Positions 38,781 through 52,381 of a stretch of DNA of 64,000 bases are shown one piece after another. The notes under the pieces were generated by a model that ran no database searches, was not told where the DNA came from, and saw only the letters and a program-made list of their open reading frames with translations. Origin of the DNA: Octopus sinensis (lineage: Eukaryota). Both the position numbers and the translations under genes were made by a program. The stretch covers positions 66,526,001-66,590,000 of the forward strand of contig NC_043008.1 in NCBI RefSeq assembly GCF_006345805.1. Reading direction: 5' to 3'. Position 1 is the stretch's first letter. Every line of letters begins with the position of its first letter.

Positions 38781-39797
38781 CAGGGGTTGGACAGAATAAT
38801 GGAAACACCTTAAAATTTGGTCATAATTACAGCTTGAATTCTACAAGGTATGAACTCATACAAAGTTTAAATTGTTTCCATAGGAATTTTTGACCATTCT
38901 TTAGCTAAAACAGTCTCCAGTTCTTGTAGTGATGATGGTGGAGTATATCGACTCCTTACTTGTTTTTCTAAAATGCACCATAAATGTTCAATAATATTGA
39001 GATCTGGGGACTGTGGTGGCCAGATAAGATGTTCAACTTCATTAGAATGTTTCTCATGCCATTCAGTAACAACTTTAGCTGTGTGAATTGGTGCATTATC
39101 ATCCTGAAAGATTGCGTTTCCCTCCGGAAACAGTTCCACAACCATAGGATGGATTTGATCAGATAAAATGCTTAAATAGTCGTGACTATTAATTCTGCCA
39201 TGAAGGGAAACCATTGGGCTGGTGGATTTCTTAGTTATAGCCCCCCCCCCCCAAATCATCACAGATCATCCTCCATGTTTAACAGTTGGAAGTAGACGCT
39301 CTGGGTAAAATGCTTCTTTTAGCTGTCTCCATATGTATACTCGGCCAGTGGTTGGAAATAAGGTAAAGGATGACTTGCCCAAGAAAATTACTTCTTCCAC
39401 TGCTCTAAGGACCAATTCTGTAGGTTTTTTACTCCACTCTAAATACTTTGCAACATTTGTTTTTGAAAGAAATGGTTTTCTGATTGCAGCCCTCCCGTGA
39501 AATCTGGCTTTGTGCAGCCCCCAGCGAACAGTTTTTGTAGGAACTGGGTTCTTGAGGTGGTCATGAAGCTCTGCAGTATTTTGGGAGCTGTACTTTTGTG
39601 ATCCTTTCTAACATTTTGCAAGAGTCTGATGGTCCCAATCTGAAAGATTTGGTTTTCTTCCAGAGTTTTGTTTCGACGAAAAAGTTTTCCTTCTTTCTCA
39701 AAGGCTGTCATTACTCTCGAGACAGTACTTCTTGATACACCAAACATTTTGGCTGTTTTCGTTATGCTAGCGCCTGCCATACAAGCACCAACAATTA
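38781..39797 (-). mobile_element. Tc1 (DD34E) transposon, frameshifted, one end disrupted by a SINE
   Basis: ORF 38867-39262 has FQDDNAPIH and WPPQSPDLNIIEHLW; ORF 39439-39816 has the HTH GASITKTAKMFGVSRSTVSRV; TIR-like caggggttggacagaataatggaaacacc at 38781. Confidence 0.92.
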
Positions 39798-40795
39798 TGT
39801 ATATATATATATACACGGTAGGCTTCTTTCAGTTCCCATCTACCAAATCCACTCACAAAGATTTGGTTAGCCTGAAGCTAGTAGTAGAAGACACTTGCCC
39901 AACATGCCATGCAGTGGGACTGAACCCGGAACCATGTGGTTGGGTAATAAGTTTCTTATCACACAGCCACGCCTAGCTATATGATACGATTGAATGAGTT
40001 GTACATTCAGAATATTAGTTTAGTTTCAATGTCAGTGTGAATAATTTTATGGGTGAGGTAAATATCGTTTATATTTTCTTTTATCTTTTTTATCAGTTTT
40101 CATATTTCAGTTATTGGATTATGGTCTTGCTATAACACCAATTTGAAAGGGTTAGTCGCACAAATCAATCCCAGTATTTTATGTGCGTAAATCTGATACT
40201 TTTATCAATTTTCTTCACCAAACACTGCTAAGTCACAGGGACACAGAGAAAGCAACAATAGTTGTCAAATGGTGTCGGGTCACAAACAGAAAAACAGACA
40301 CACACACACGCATATATATATATATACATACATACATTTTAGGTGTTTCTTTTTGTTTATTAACTGCTAACATTTTTGCAGATGTTCAGGTGAAATTTCA
40401 CTAATTTGGATTACCTTGATAATGTTACATTAACATATATTTTCGAAAGTATTATTATTAATTTTTAATGATATTGTCTATATATATGTGTGTGTGTATA
40501 CATATACATGTGTGTGTGTGTATACATATATATGTGTGTGTGCATATATATACATGCATGTGTGTGTATATATATATATATATATATGTATATGTGCATG
40601 TATGTGTGTGTGTGTATGTGTTAATGCAATTGAAGCAATTGTTAGATTTGTAAGGTGAGACCTAAAATAAAGATTAGATTTTCTCTGTACATACTATTTG
40701 TTGTTACATACATACAAATATATATGTATATGCATGTGTGAGTCATCCAAGAGAACATAAGTCAGGGAATCGTATGTATGTATAGTATATATATA

Positions 40796-41194
40796 GGCAC
40801 AGACATGGCTGTGTGGTAAGAAGTTTGCTTCCCAACTACATGGTTCTGGATTCAATCCCAGTGCATGGTACCTTGGGCAAGTGTCTTGTACTATAGCCTC
40901 AAGCCAACTGAAGCCTTGTGAGTGGATTTGGTAGAGAGAAACTGAAAGGAACCCATCATATATGTATGTATGTATCTGTGTTTTTGTGTCTGTGTTTGTC
41001 TACCATCATCACTTGACAACTGGTGTTAGTTTGTTTATGTCCCTGTAACTTAGTGGTCCGACAAAAGAGACCGATAGAATAAGTACTAGGCGTAAAAAGA
41101 AATAAGTTCTAGGGTCAATTTGTTTGACTAAAGGCAGACTTCAAGGCAGTGCTACGGAATGGTTGCAGTCAAATGACTGAAACCAGTAAAAAAG

Positions 41195-41195
<1 letters not shown>
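40796..41195 (+). mobile_element. SINE family A, diverged full-length copy
   Basis: Head and tail motifs as at 51899-52306. Confidence 0.75.
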
Positions 41196-41260
<65 letters not shown>

Positions 41261-43110
41261 TATACACACACAAGTGTCATACTAATACACCTGCTTGTTG
41301 TTCCTTTACCTGCCTTCAAAATTTGTTTTCTGTAAATTTAACCTATATATATATATATATATACACACTCATACACAATGGGATCCTTTCAGTTTATGTC
41401 AACTAAATCCCCTTACAAAGGGCCACACTTTGTGAATGAAATCCAAAACCATATAAGTTTGGAAGCAAACTTCGTTTCATACAAACACACCTATTTATAA
41501 TTTTCATTCCTAGATTTGTTACATTAGTTTTAAGGTTGACTGCTTTAGGATTGATTTCATTTTGTTTAGTTATGTATCATCTGAATAATAAGTCCTTGAG
41601 AACTACTACATTTACAGTGTTTCTCACTTCCTAGTTAACAATACTAAATGATTTTCCACACCACACACTGTCTCATCCCATAATTTTTCTTACATGTAAT
41701 TTCCTCTTTACCAGTTTAGACATTAAGCCCTCTGAACATAAACCACCAATGTAGGAGTGGCTTGTGAAAGTCATAGGCACTCCCTCGCCTCCAACTAATA
41801 TTATATTTTTTAAACCCTATTTGAACTGACCAAGTGTGTGTCTAACTTGGAACCCCCCAGTAAGTAGTTTGTGTGATCAAATCCATTCAAGTATAAGTTG
41901 TTATTGTCTGTTGTTTAGGCATTCTGTTGCACATACCAGGTATGGCTATATGGTTAAGAAATTAACTTCCCAACCATGTGGTTTTAGATTCAGTCCTACT
42001 GCATGTGGTTTTAGATTCAGTCCCACTGCATGGTACCTTGGGCAAGTGTCTTCTGCTACAGCCTCAGGCTGATCAAGGCCTTGTGAGTGACTTTGGAAAC
42101 TGGGAAAATCTCATTGAGTGTGTGTGTATGTGTCTATGTAAATGTGTGTGTGTGTATATCTATGTATATACATGTGTGTGTATATGTCTATGTATATATG
42201 TGTGTGTGTGTATGTGTCTATATATATGTGTGTGTATGTGTTGATGTATATATGTGTGTGTGTGTCTATGTATATATATATGTGTATATGTCTCTGTGTG
42301 TATGTTTATGTATATATGTGTGTGTATGTGTCTATGTATATGTGTGAGTGTGCATGTATTGGGATCTCCTTGTTTCAACATTGCATAGTAGTTGTAATAA
42401 CAAGTGTTGCTGTCATACAAGCTGTGTCCTTCGTCTCCAATGTTCTCTAGAAACATATCACCATGGAGAAGTACTACCTTGTTTGGAAACAGGTGAGAGT
42501 TGGTGAAAGGAAAGGCATCCAGCCTTATAAAATTTACCTTAATGAATGATGATGATGATGATGACATGCAAGCATAGGAAAATAAGCATCAAAACAACAA
42601 TGATGGTGATGATATCTCTGCTGGTGATGGGCAGGCCCTGGAACATTCAGGCAAGTTAGCCAGCAACAGGACTGTTAACCCAATAAGATGGAGGTTTGTA
42701 TCGTTACATAAACTGAAGCCTTTTATGGAAGACTACTGTCGATTGTACAGTGTGAAACAGTCCACCATTGACAATATGTTTGTGCCTTTCCAGCTGTTAT
42801 GGACACTTCAATGGCCAACCTATTCAACACATGGTCAAGTTTTGTTGAACAGCTGTTGTCTGTGTAGGAGGGATTTATTTATTGGCTCTTATAAAGATCA
42901 AATTATCACCTTCCTTTAACCAAGAAGGGAAGACACACTTGCATGTGTTAGTAACAAACTGGAAGAATGGGTACTCAAACTGAGTAGATGAACAGTTTCT
43001 TTTTAACAGAATCAATGTTAGCCCTCTGGAATTTGAGATTTCAATCAATTCTGATTGAAAGTTTCCGATTTCCATCAATATGATATCTTCTGTTGCAGAA
43101 AGATAACATA

Positions 43111-43168
<58 letters not shown>

Positions 43169-43177
43169 TATATATAC

Positions 43178-43211
<34 letters not shown>

Positions 43212-43225
43212 ATATACATATATAT

Positions 43226-43437
43226 ATACACAAATATGAGAGAGAATCCACTATGTGGACGCTCTTACGCTAGAGATAGATCCGCAATGGTCTCAACCAC
43301 TAAGAATTGTTCTCGAAAAAATTTAGCATGCTAAATTTTAATTTTTCTTGAGAACAATTCTTAGTGTTGAGACCATTGCGGATCTATCTCTAGCGTAAGA
43401 GTGTCCACATAGTGGATTCTCTCTCATATTTGTGTAT
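43226..43437. repeat. ~90-bp-arm near-perfect inverted repeat (fold-back element) with a 22-bp central palindrome, next to (TA)n
   Basis: Arms differ by one substitution and one 1-nt indel up to about 43314; aaaatttagcatgctaaatttt at 43318-43339. Confidence 0.95.
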
Positions 43438-43590
43438 TAATAATATTTGCTGAATCTCAGTCTTTTATGTGCTAGACCACTGGTGTTTAAATTGATGTTA
43501 TTAAATTAATATCCAATTTTTGCACACTCATTTTGACTTTAATTATATATATATATCTTAGAAGGTTTGGAGATGATGTACAGGTATTAT

Positions 43591-43772
43591 ATATTATAAG
43601 AAATGAGGTACTCAGAAATCTGGATGGTTTTATATTTACAGATATTTGAAGACTCCACTAGAATGGACGAAAGCACTAATATATAATCTATGATTTATAA
43701 AAACATATAACATACTAATAAATATCTGTAAATATAAAACCATCCAGATTTCTGAGTACCTCATTTCTTCTA

Positions 43773-43776
<4 letters not shown>
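43591..43776 (+). mobile_element. Fold-back element (57-bp arms) between TA tracts with a degenerate hammerhead motif in the spacer
   Basis: Arms 43591-43647 and 43720-43776 have one mismatch; 43642-43682 reads ATAT-tTGAAGA-c-TCCA-ctagaa-TGGA-C-GAAA-GCaCT-A-ATAT. Confidence 0.7.
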
Positions 43777-43804
<28 letters not shown>

Positions 43805-44677
43805 TATATATATATAAAGATGTAAATGATGGAGAAATATTATAATGAACTTTATTCAACAAAAATCATAAAAGTATCATGACAGATTTGTCTCAATTGT
43901 ACCAAAATATGTGAATAGCTCATATTATCATATTTAATAATAAGCTACTCACATGACTGCATTAATTCGAAATATGAAAAATTCATCGAAGATAATGAAG
44001 AATTGGGGCTACCTCATCAGGTGAAAAAGGTTAATTGTTAAATACACCTCGACTTTAATATACTTTCTTAATGTTAGGATACACAAAAATATGAAAGCTG
44101 TGTTATAATTTTTTTTTAAACTACAGATGATAATAGCAAAATTACTATAAATTAATAAAAGGATTTCTGATAAATTAAAGGGGATATAAGTAATACAATT
44201 AAAACTAAATACTATATAAACATTTAGTAATTAATTAATTATCAAACATGAATTATTATAACATACATTGTGTATTTAAATATATAGATAGATACGTATA
44301 CAAACATACATACATACATACATGCATATATACACACACACACACACACACACATATATACATATACAAAGTACACACATACATATATATGCATAACAAT
44401 ATAGATACATATACAAACATACATACATATATATAAACACACACATGCATGTAGATACATATACAGATATATATACAGGTATACATTCACATAGGTATGC
44501 ATACATATATATATATACATATACACATATACATGTATATATATTTAAAATTATCAGAAGGATCTTAAGCACTTGAAAAACTATTGAGAGCTTGTGGATA
44601 CCTAAGATTATGTGTAGTAACCTACTACCCCCATAAATTCTACCAGGAATAAAAACAAACCTGAGTGAAATCAGTTG

Positions 44678-44728
<51 letters not shown>

Positions 44729-44923
44729 AATGGTTTAAAATTTTGGTACAAGTCCATCAATTTAGGGGCATGGAATAACTCGATTACATCAGCCCTGGTG
44801 TTCAACTGATTATTAATCCATTGATCCTCAGAACATAGATAAAACATCGCTAAGCATTTTGTCCAGCTTGCTAATGATTCTGTCAGCCCACCACCTTAAT
44901 AATAATAATCCTTTCTATTAAAA

Positions 44924-45815
44924 CAGTGGTTCCCAACCTGGAGTTGTGGACCCCTGGTTGTCCATAAAGATAGTCCTGAGGGGTCCATGAACTAAATTCA
45001 AAATTTCATATATATATATATATATATATAATATAATAATATTATAGAATATGATTCCAAACTTACAGGGAAAAATTCAATTTAGTAATACTATGTCAAA
45101 TTTCACATTATATAATACATGTATATAAATTAGAGAAAAACCACCATGTAGCAATTCAACAAGGATATACTTAATGCATACCATATAGAAAAAATTCAAG
45201 ATACGATAAAACATTTACCTAGAACTAAATAAAGTACGAAATAATAAATAGTATACAATTAGTGTATAATTAGTAAATAGACTACATGTGTTTCATGGCT
45301 ATATTTTCAAATTGATAACAATAAAATCAATTTAATTTAAATATAGTCACTCATCAGGTCTAAGATAAAAACAATAAAATAATTAAATAAATGTATGTAT
45401 ATTATCTTATAAGAAATGAGCTGAAACTAGATAAAATAAAATTTTTAAAAATAAATATATAAAAATATGTAATTTTACAATAAAAAGCTGAACAAAATTC
45501 AACTATATATCTTAAAATAAAAACATGAAATATCTTATTGAATAAGAACATAGATAACATAAAGACGGACAAAATGCCACTAAGCATATTGCCCAGTGTG
45601 CTAACAATTCTACCAGCTCACCACCTTAATAATAATAATATGCTTATCCTTATGTATATGTATATATTATATATATACATACACATAAGGATAAGCATAT
45701 TATAAAGGGTTCATAGGAAAGCTCATTTACATAAAAGAGTTGGGAACCACTGTGAAAAGGTTGAGAATTACTGTGAAAAGGTTGGGAACCACTGAGAAGA
45801 GGCTGGGAACCACTA
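44924..45815. mobile_element. hAT/Charlie-type MITE with nested insertions and a tandemly repeated right TIR
   Basis: Left TIR cagtggttcccaacct at 44924; right TIR gttgggaaccactg at 45739-45752, then three more copies at a 21-bp period. Confidence 0.6.
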
Positions 45816-45994
45816 CTAAAAGTGAATTTTGTGAGGAGGGGACTAGTTGATTACATCAACCCCAGTGTTTCACTGGTAGCATTGAAAGGCAGTCAACCTT
45901 GGCAGAATTCTAACTCAGAACATGAAGACGGACAAAATGCCGCTAAACATTTTGCCCAGTGTGCTAACGATTCTACTACTACCAGCTCACCACC

Positions 45995-46028
<34 letters not shown>

Positions 46029-46104
46029 TATTTTATAGTTCTGTTTTCATAATTTTTTCATGTTGAGTTCATGCTTATAAAATAATTTAATTCAAAGTTC
46101 ACAA

Positions 46105-46292
<188 letters not shown>

Positions 46293-47899
46293 ATGCTTTG
46301 TGAAACAAAGCCTTGTTCAGTCACATGTACCTATGTCTTAGTCATTTTTTCGGATATCCTGAAAATGTATGTCAGGGTATATATAAGTGAGCCATGCCTG
46401 GTATGTGTATATATAACAGACCACTTCAACTTGAAAAGGTTGTTGAGACAGTCAAGAGACAACAAACTACTCTACTAGTTTCATTCAAACACATGAGGTC
46501 AGTCAAGCTGGTAATGTTCTGGTTGATGATAATGATGATGATGATGATGGTGGTGGTTGTGCTGGTGTGGGGTAGGTTATAGGGCTTGTGGTAGTGATGG
46601 TGATGGCACTAAAGTTTATGATGATGGTAGCTATGTTGCAGTGTTAGTCGGTGGGGTGGGGTTACTGACCTTGTAGTAGTGGTTGTGGTAAGACTAAGGT
46701 TTATGGTGGGGAGTGGGGGTGTAAAACTACGGTTTGTGGTGGTGGTAGTAGTAGTAGTGTGGTGGTGGTGGTCCTGCAGGTTACTGAAATTGGGCTAGTG
46801 GTGGTACAGGTTAGAGTTGGAAAGGTGGTGGTGGTAGAAGACAAGAATGAGATGGTGGAACCAGTTATATCAATAGTAATAAAGATGGTAGTAGTAGTAG
46901 TAGTAGTAGTTGTAATAATAGTATTGGTGGTGGTGGTGGACCAAGATGGTGCTGGTGTATGTAGTGAAGATGGTAAAGAGTGAAGGTGATATTTGAAATA
47001 CACTCATTATTGTGTGTTGGTGTTTGTGTCTTCCACTGCTTGACAACCAGTTCTTGTTTGATTATGTCCTTGTAATTTAGCAGTTCAGCAAAAGAGACTG
47101 ACAGACTAAGTACAAGTTCTTACAAAAAAAAAAAAGGGGGGTTGATCTTGCTTGACTAAACCCTTCATGGTGGTGCCCCCAGTAATGTCACAGTCCAGTG
47201 ACTGAATCAAGTAAAAGTTATTACACAGCAGTATAGCATCCCATCCTGAAGCACATTTGACTCGGCCTCCAGCCATAGAAACCATGCTAAAGCTGACATG
47301 GGAGCTCGACACAGCCTTACGGCTCACTGAATCTCATCAAACTATCCAGCCTGTGCCAGCATGGAAGACAGACATTTAATAATGATGATTAAAGCTATGG
47401 AATCTACAGTGAATGTTCTCGTCTATTTAAATGCAATGTTAGGTGTAAATAATTAACCTAAGCATAAATAACTTATGTACATAATTGTGTTTGGTTTAAT
47501 GACCATGTCATGTTAAGTTCACTGGTTCTCATCTAAGTAACATTGAGCTTAGTTCTTAGATGGATGACCACTTAGAAAACCCAGTTGCTGTAAGCACGTT
47601 TTCTTTTTAGTTACAGGTATTGGTGTGTATTTAGGTCTGCTTAGATGTAAATGTTGTGAATGAAGGCAGAGATGTGGTTGATGGTAAATATCATTTTTGT
47701 GAGGAACATGAAAGATACAGGAGTGACTCAGGAAAGATGTGTTAGGTGACAGTACAGGAAGGGTGGAAAACAGCAGTAAATGCAGAAAATAGGGAGGTTA
47801 CATGTGGATTGGGAGATATGTACAGTGGCAGGTATGGAGGCTGGAGATACATTGGGGTGGTTATAGTGAGTGGGAGCCTCACCACGGATATGAGAGAGT

Positions 47900-48260
47900 G
47901 TTAGAGATGAGGTATAAGTCCTAAGATGTAGCTTGGAGGAGAGAGATAACTGGAGGCATGGAAAACAGGTGATTGGTAGAAAATATATTGTGGGAAGAGA
48001 TGATGTTGAGAAAAGGGATTGATTTTAAAAGGAAGGCAACTAGTTGCACAAAAGGAGATGAAAAATGTGTAAAATCTGTTTTTATGTTGATTACAGCTGC
48101 TGATTTGAGCTGTAGTGAGAAGAGTGATGGCGGGATGGGTGTTAGTGGATGAAACTTGGGGAAGGCTTGATAGAGACAGATTGGATGCGGGGAAGGACCC
48201 AGTGGGTGCATAAACATAAATATATATGCTTTGTAAGACTTCACTTTCACCATGATGAAC
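47900..48260 (-). mobile_element. Possible LINE AP-endonuclease fragment
   Basis: IYVYAPTGS in ORF 47901-48395 resembles the xNxYAP motif of non-LTR APE domains; otherwise degenerate. Confidence 0.3.
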
Positions 48261-48269
48261 AGATCTACA

Positions 48270-49640
48270 GCAAATCACCAATCGTCTTGGTCCTTTTTTC
48301 ATCTCCTCTTTGAAGCTCTTCTTGGATCCTTCATGTTTTATCTGATTCCTTTTATACCCAATTATTCTCTCAACACATGCATACTGACATTGCACATCCA
48401 GTAGAGCATACTAGCTTCATTCATTTTAGGCTTTGCAAGCCCACATCTCACTACTTTGTAGCATTACTGTTCACACACAAACATCATACAATATGCTTTT
48501 CACTCCAAAAGAGAGATCTTTTATCACCAACAGAGGTAATAGCTGTCTGGTTTTTTTCTCCATCTTGTTCTTATTCTAGCAACTGTACTTTCAGAACAGC
48601 TTCGTCCACTGTTAATTAGATCACCTATGTAACAGAAACTATCTATTACCTCTAAGAACCACCTGTGCATTCAAGAAGACTTGTTTCCTAGTTATTCTTA
48701 GCATTTATTGTTCCAGTGCATCTGCTACATATAAAATCTTTCTCTGTTAACCTTCCTATGATCCCACTCTGTCGATAACTTGCACTAGGTACACTATATG
48801 GAGTTTTTACCTACATCTTTTCTTACATATTGAGTAGAACTATTTACCAGAAGAGTGTTTAGTCCTGTCCGTTCTCTTGCTTACTAGAACTTTGGTTTTT
48901 GTTAAGGTAACTTTAAGACTGATTCCAGGTTTTTCTTCTAAGCCTGGAATTTCTCTCTCCTAATTCAACTACAAATTCTGCAATAAGAACAGGGTCATCA
49001 GCATATAGTAATTTCCAAGAGCATCTAGTCACAAATTCTTCTATAATGGCCTGGAAGACAATGACAAATAAGTGGGGACTTAGAATCAAGCAGTGATGAA
49101 CTCCTATCTGTACACTAAATCCATTGCTGTGCTTCTTACTAACTCTCAACTTACTGACAATACCTCTGACATAGCCTGCATAACTCTCACAAGCAATTCA
49201 CCTACTACCAGCTTCCTCAGAGACCTGCTGATCACAGAGCAAGGGCGCCTATCAAAGGTTTTTCTCCAGGTCAGCATATTGCCAAGTACTTTTAGCTAAA
49301 TACTTCTCCTGCTCTTGTAGCAATACTTTTCCCTAACATGAAGAAAAATAAAAAAAAAACTGCAACTCTTCCTAATTAATCAGACTATAACTCTTTCTGT
49401 AACTTTCATGATTTGGTCTGGTAATTTGATAGCATTGTAATTACTTATTACTAAGGCATCTCTTTTATCCTTGTAGTAGTTGACTATGATTTTGCTATGC
49501 TAGTCATTGAGTATGACACCTTTATGTACAACCTGGTTAACTATGTAAGTGACTAAGCTATGTCCTACTCTGTCAGAGTTATTTTTAGTATCTCAGCCGT
49601 CATTCTTGATCAGCCAGGAGTATTCCTCTCCTTCATATCT
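48270..49640 (-). mobile_element. Decayed RTE (BovB-like) LINE, RT region
   Basis: ORF 48913-49149 FSVQIGVHH..ILSPHLFVIV...WKLLYADD; further 3' on the minus strand is NEASMLYWMCNVS; many stops. Confidence 0.9.
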
Positions 49641-50160
49641 TTAATTTCTGAATCTCCTATATTGCTGACAAATAGATAACTGGACCCTCTGTTGTGTCCA
49701 GGTTATGAAGATCTTCTTTCTCTCCTGCATTCTCCAAATTTCATAGCCATTCTTGGTAACACTATCATGCTTTGTTCCATATATGTATCTATGAGCAAAA
49801 CGGTGCTGAGTTGTCAAACATTTAAACCAAATTTTCTCAAAACAACTTGTCCAGCCGTCCCATAGGCCTCCCTTTTGAGAAACACTGATTAAACCTAAAT
49901 TTGAGACACCAGCAAAAGAAGAAATAAAGATAGACTTTTTTTCTATTCCAAGAAAAATGATTTTACAAATGCACATTCCCACAGCTTTATCGATCGCATT
50001 CTCACCTGGAATCGATTTTTGTAATTTTTTCAAGACTTATACACGCCCTGATACTGTCGGCATCTACATATCAAATTTGAGCGCAATCGGATGGAGGATA
50101 CCCAAGATCCTAGAAGACACACACACACCACACACACAGAATGGATTTTATATAATAGAT
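49640..50160 (+). mobile_element. Helitron-like (Lep1/DINE-type) non-autonomous element, 3' part
   Basis: Ends atcaaatttgagcgcaatcgg...(CA)n...ttttatataatagat, the terminal architecture also seen at 56125. Confidence 0.45.
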
Positions 50161-50835
50161 GTAACATGCATATATATGCATACTCACACTCACACACACA
50201 CAGACATAAAATGTATGTATACATATATATGGACATGCAAATATGTTTATATGTATATATCAACCCCAGTGCTCAACTGGTACTTATTTTATCAACCCTA
50301 GAATGATGAAAAGCAAAGTCAACTTAAGCAGAATGTGAGCTCCAATCATAATCATAAAGACAGACAAAATGCCACTAAATGTTTTGGCCAGTGCAGCAAG
50401 AATTGTGCTGGCTTGCTGTCTTATATATGAATATGTAAGACAGCGAGCTGAAAGAAACCCATCAGATGTGTGTGTGTGTGTGTGTGTGTTTGTTCCCAAT
50501 CACTGCTTGAAAACCAGTGTTGGTTTGTATATGTCTTCATAACGTATCAGTTCAGCATGAGAGATCGATGGAATAAGTGTCAGGTTTTAGAAATAGAAGA
50601 CAATTGAAAAGGTTGCAAGACGAAAAGGTTGCAACGAAAATTTTAGGAAAATAAAAATAAGAAATAGGTGGAAATTTTACTGGTGAGTGTGTTAAATCAT
50701 AAGGCACAAAAAGAAAATGACTCTCCCCAGAAACAAGAGAATATGCTTCAACACACAAACTCACATAAAGAATCTTGCAAACCAAATCCAAAAACGAAAT
50801 ATATATTTCATGTTAAACCATTAATCCCAACACAT

Positions 50836-50894
<59 letters not shown>

Positions 50895-51087
50895 ATTTTT
50901 CCTCCTCCCTTTCTGTCGAAGAGCATAGACTCAAAAAATCAAAGACTTTTCCATTCTTCCCAAGCATCAAACTAATACACCTGCTTGTTGTTCCCTTACC
51001 TGTCTTACTTTTTTGTTTTCTGTACATTTGAACTATATATATATATAAGATTTTATAGTTTGCTTGAAGCATTGTATATGGAATATT

Positions 51088-51236
51088 TTGAAAGATTTAA
51101 AAGGCCAAACAATGCAAATAGATTTGTCCTGAAATATTGGATACATATATGACCAAAGATTACCAGGTGACTTACTTTTAGTTTACATTACCTCATCTTT
51201 AAATCTATTTGCATTGTTTGGCCTTTTAAATCTTTC

Positions 51237-51238
<2 letters not shown>
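51088..51238. repeat. Perfect 38-bp inverted repeat with 75-nt spacer between TA tracts
   Basis: ttgaaagatttaaaaggccaaacaatgcaaatagattt at 51088-51125 and its reverse complement at 51201-51238. Confidence 0.95.
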
Positions 51239-51264
<26 letters not shown>

Positions 51265-51268
<4 letters not shown>

Positions 51269-51801
51269 TTGGAGAGAAGATTTTCTTCTTAAAGACTTAA
51301 GATTGAGAAAAGAACCTTTTTAGCAAGTCGAAAGGCACTAGCCTTTGGGTAGGGTTTTCACAAAATGTGTGTGGCTTAATGAAACTAAACAACTGGGTAA
51401 ACGTGCATAGACATCAAATAAAATATCCCGCACTTAGATGCATATCATGTAGCGATCATTTAAACACCTGTGCACAAGGAAAATTTACAATTTTCCCTCT
51501 TCATAAAATAAATGAAGAGAACGACCTTCTCCAGAAGGCAAAAGAAGAATATTTCATAAGATTTCTGAGTCTGAAACTAAACCAGAAATAGTCAACAACA
51601 ATTTTACCATAAACAACTTTCACTATATGAAATAACATGTGCTTAAAAACGTTAAGAGGTGACAGCGCTTGCACATCTATAAAAGCAAAAGCCTGGACAC
51701 GTTTTGTGAAATCTCTTCCCAAAGGTCAGTGCCTTTTGACTTTCTAAAAAGGTTCCTTTCTTAATCTTAACTCTTTGAGAAAAAATCTTCTCCACAAATA
51801 T
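51265..51801 (+). mobile_element. 5'-truncated Penelope-like element: GIY-YIG endonuclease C-terminus between ~105-bp inverted repeats, inside (TA)n
   Basis: ORF 51367-51591 NWVNVHRHQIKYPALRCISCSDHLNTCAQGKFTIFPLHKI...KEEYFIRFLSLKLN matches the recalled PLE GIY-YIG C-terminal pattern. 51265-51370 and 51697-51801 are diverged reverse complements; HHR-like relic at 51637-51676. Confidence 0.75.
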
Positions 51802-51834
51802 TATAACTCTATCAAGGAATTTCCAAAACACTCC

Positions 51835-51898
<64 letters not shown>

Positions 51899-51899
<1 letters not shown>

Positions 51900-52306
51900 G
51901 GCGCAGGAGTGGCTGTGTGGTAAGTAGCTTGCTAACCAACCACATGGTTCCGGGTTCAGTCCCACTGCGTGGCATCTTGGGCAAGTGTCTTCTGCTATAG
52001 TCCCGGGCCGACCAATGCCTTGTGAGTGGATTTGGTAGACGGAAACTGAAAGAAGCCTGTCGTATATATGTATATATATATAAGTGTGTGTGACTATGTT
52101 TGTGTGTCTGTGTTTGTTCCCCTAGCATTGCTTGACAACCGATGCTGGTGTGTTTATGTCCCCGTCACTTAGCGGTTCGGCAAAAGAGACCGATAGAATA
52201 AGTACTGGGCTTACAAAGAATAATTCCTGGGGTCGATTTGCTCGACTAAAGGCGGTGCTCCAGCATGGCCGCAGTCAAATGACTGAAACAAGTAAAAAGA
52301 GTAAAA
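51899..52306 (+). mobile_element. SINE family A, full-length reference copy (about 30 full or partial copies in the window)
   Basis: tRNA-like head with A/B-box-like motifs (gtggctgtgtggtaag; ggttcagtccc), cttgggcaagtgtct core, central (TA)n, conserved 3' tail and aagagtaaa terminal repeats. Confidence 0.9.
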
Positions 52307-52329
52307 AAAAAAAAAAAGAGAAAAGAGAG

Positions 52330-52344
52330 TATATATATATATAA

Positions 52345-52381
<37 letters not shown>

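Noticed and set aside
42600-43100. Non-repetitive stretch with short ORFs on both strands
   Set aside because: Could be a decayed transposon coding region, but no motif could be identified with confidence.
43960-44030. CTGATGAG on the minus strand (hammerhead core half)
   Set aside because: No properly placed stem II or GAAA partner found.
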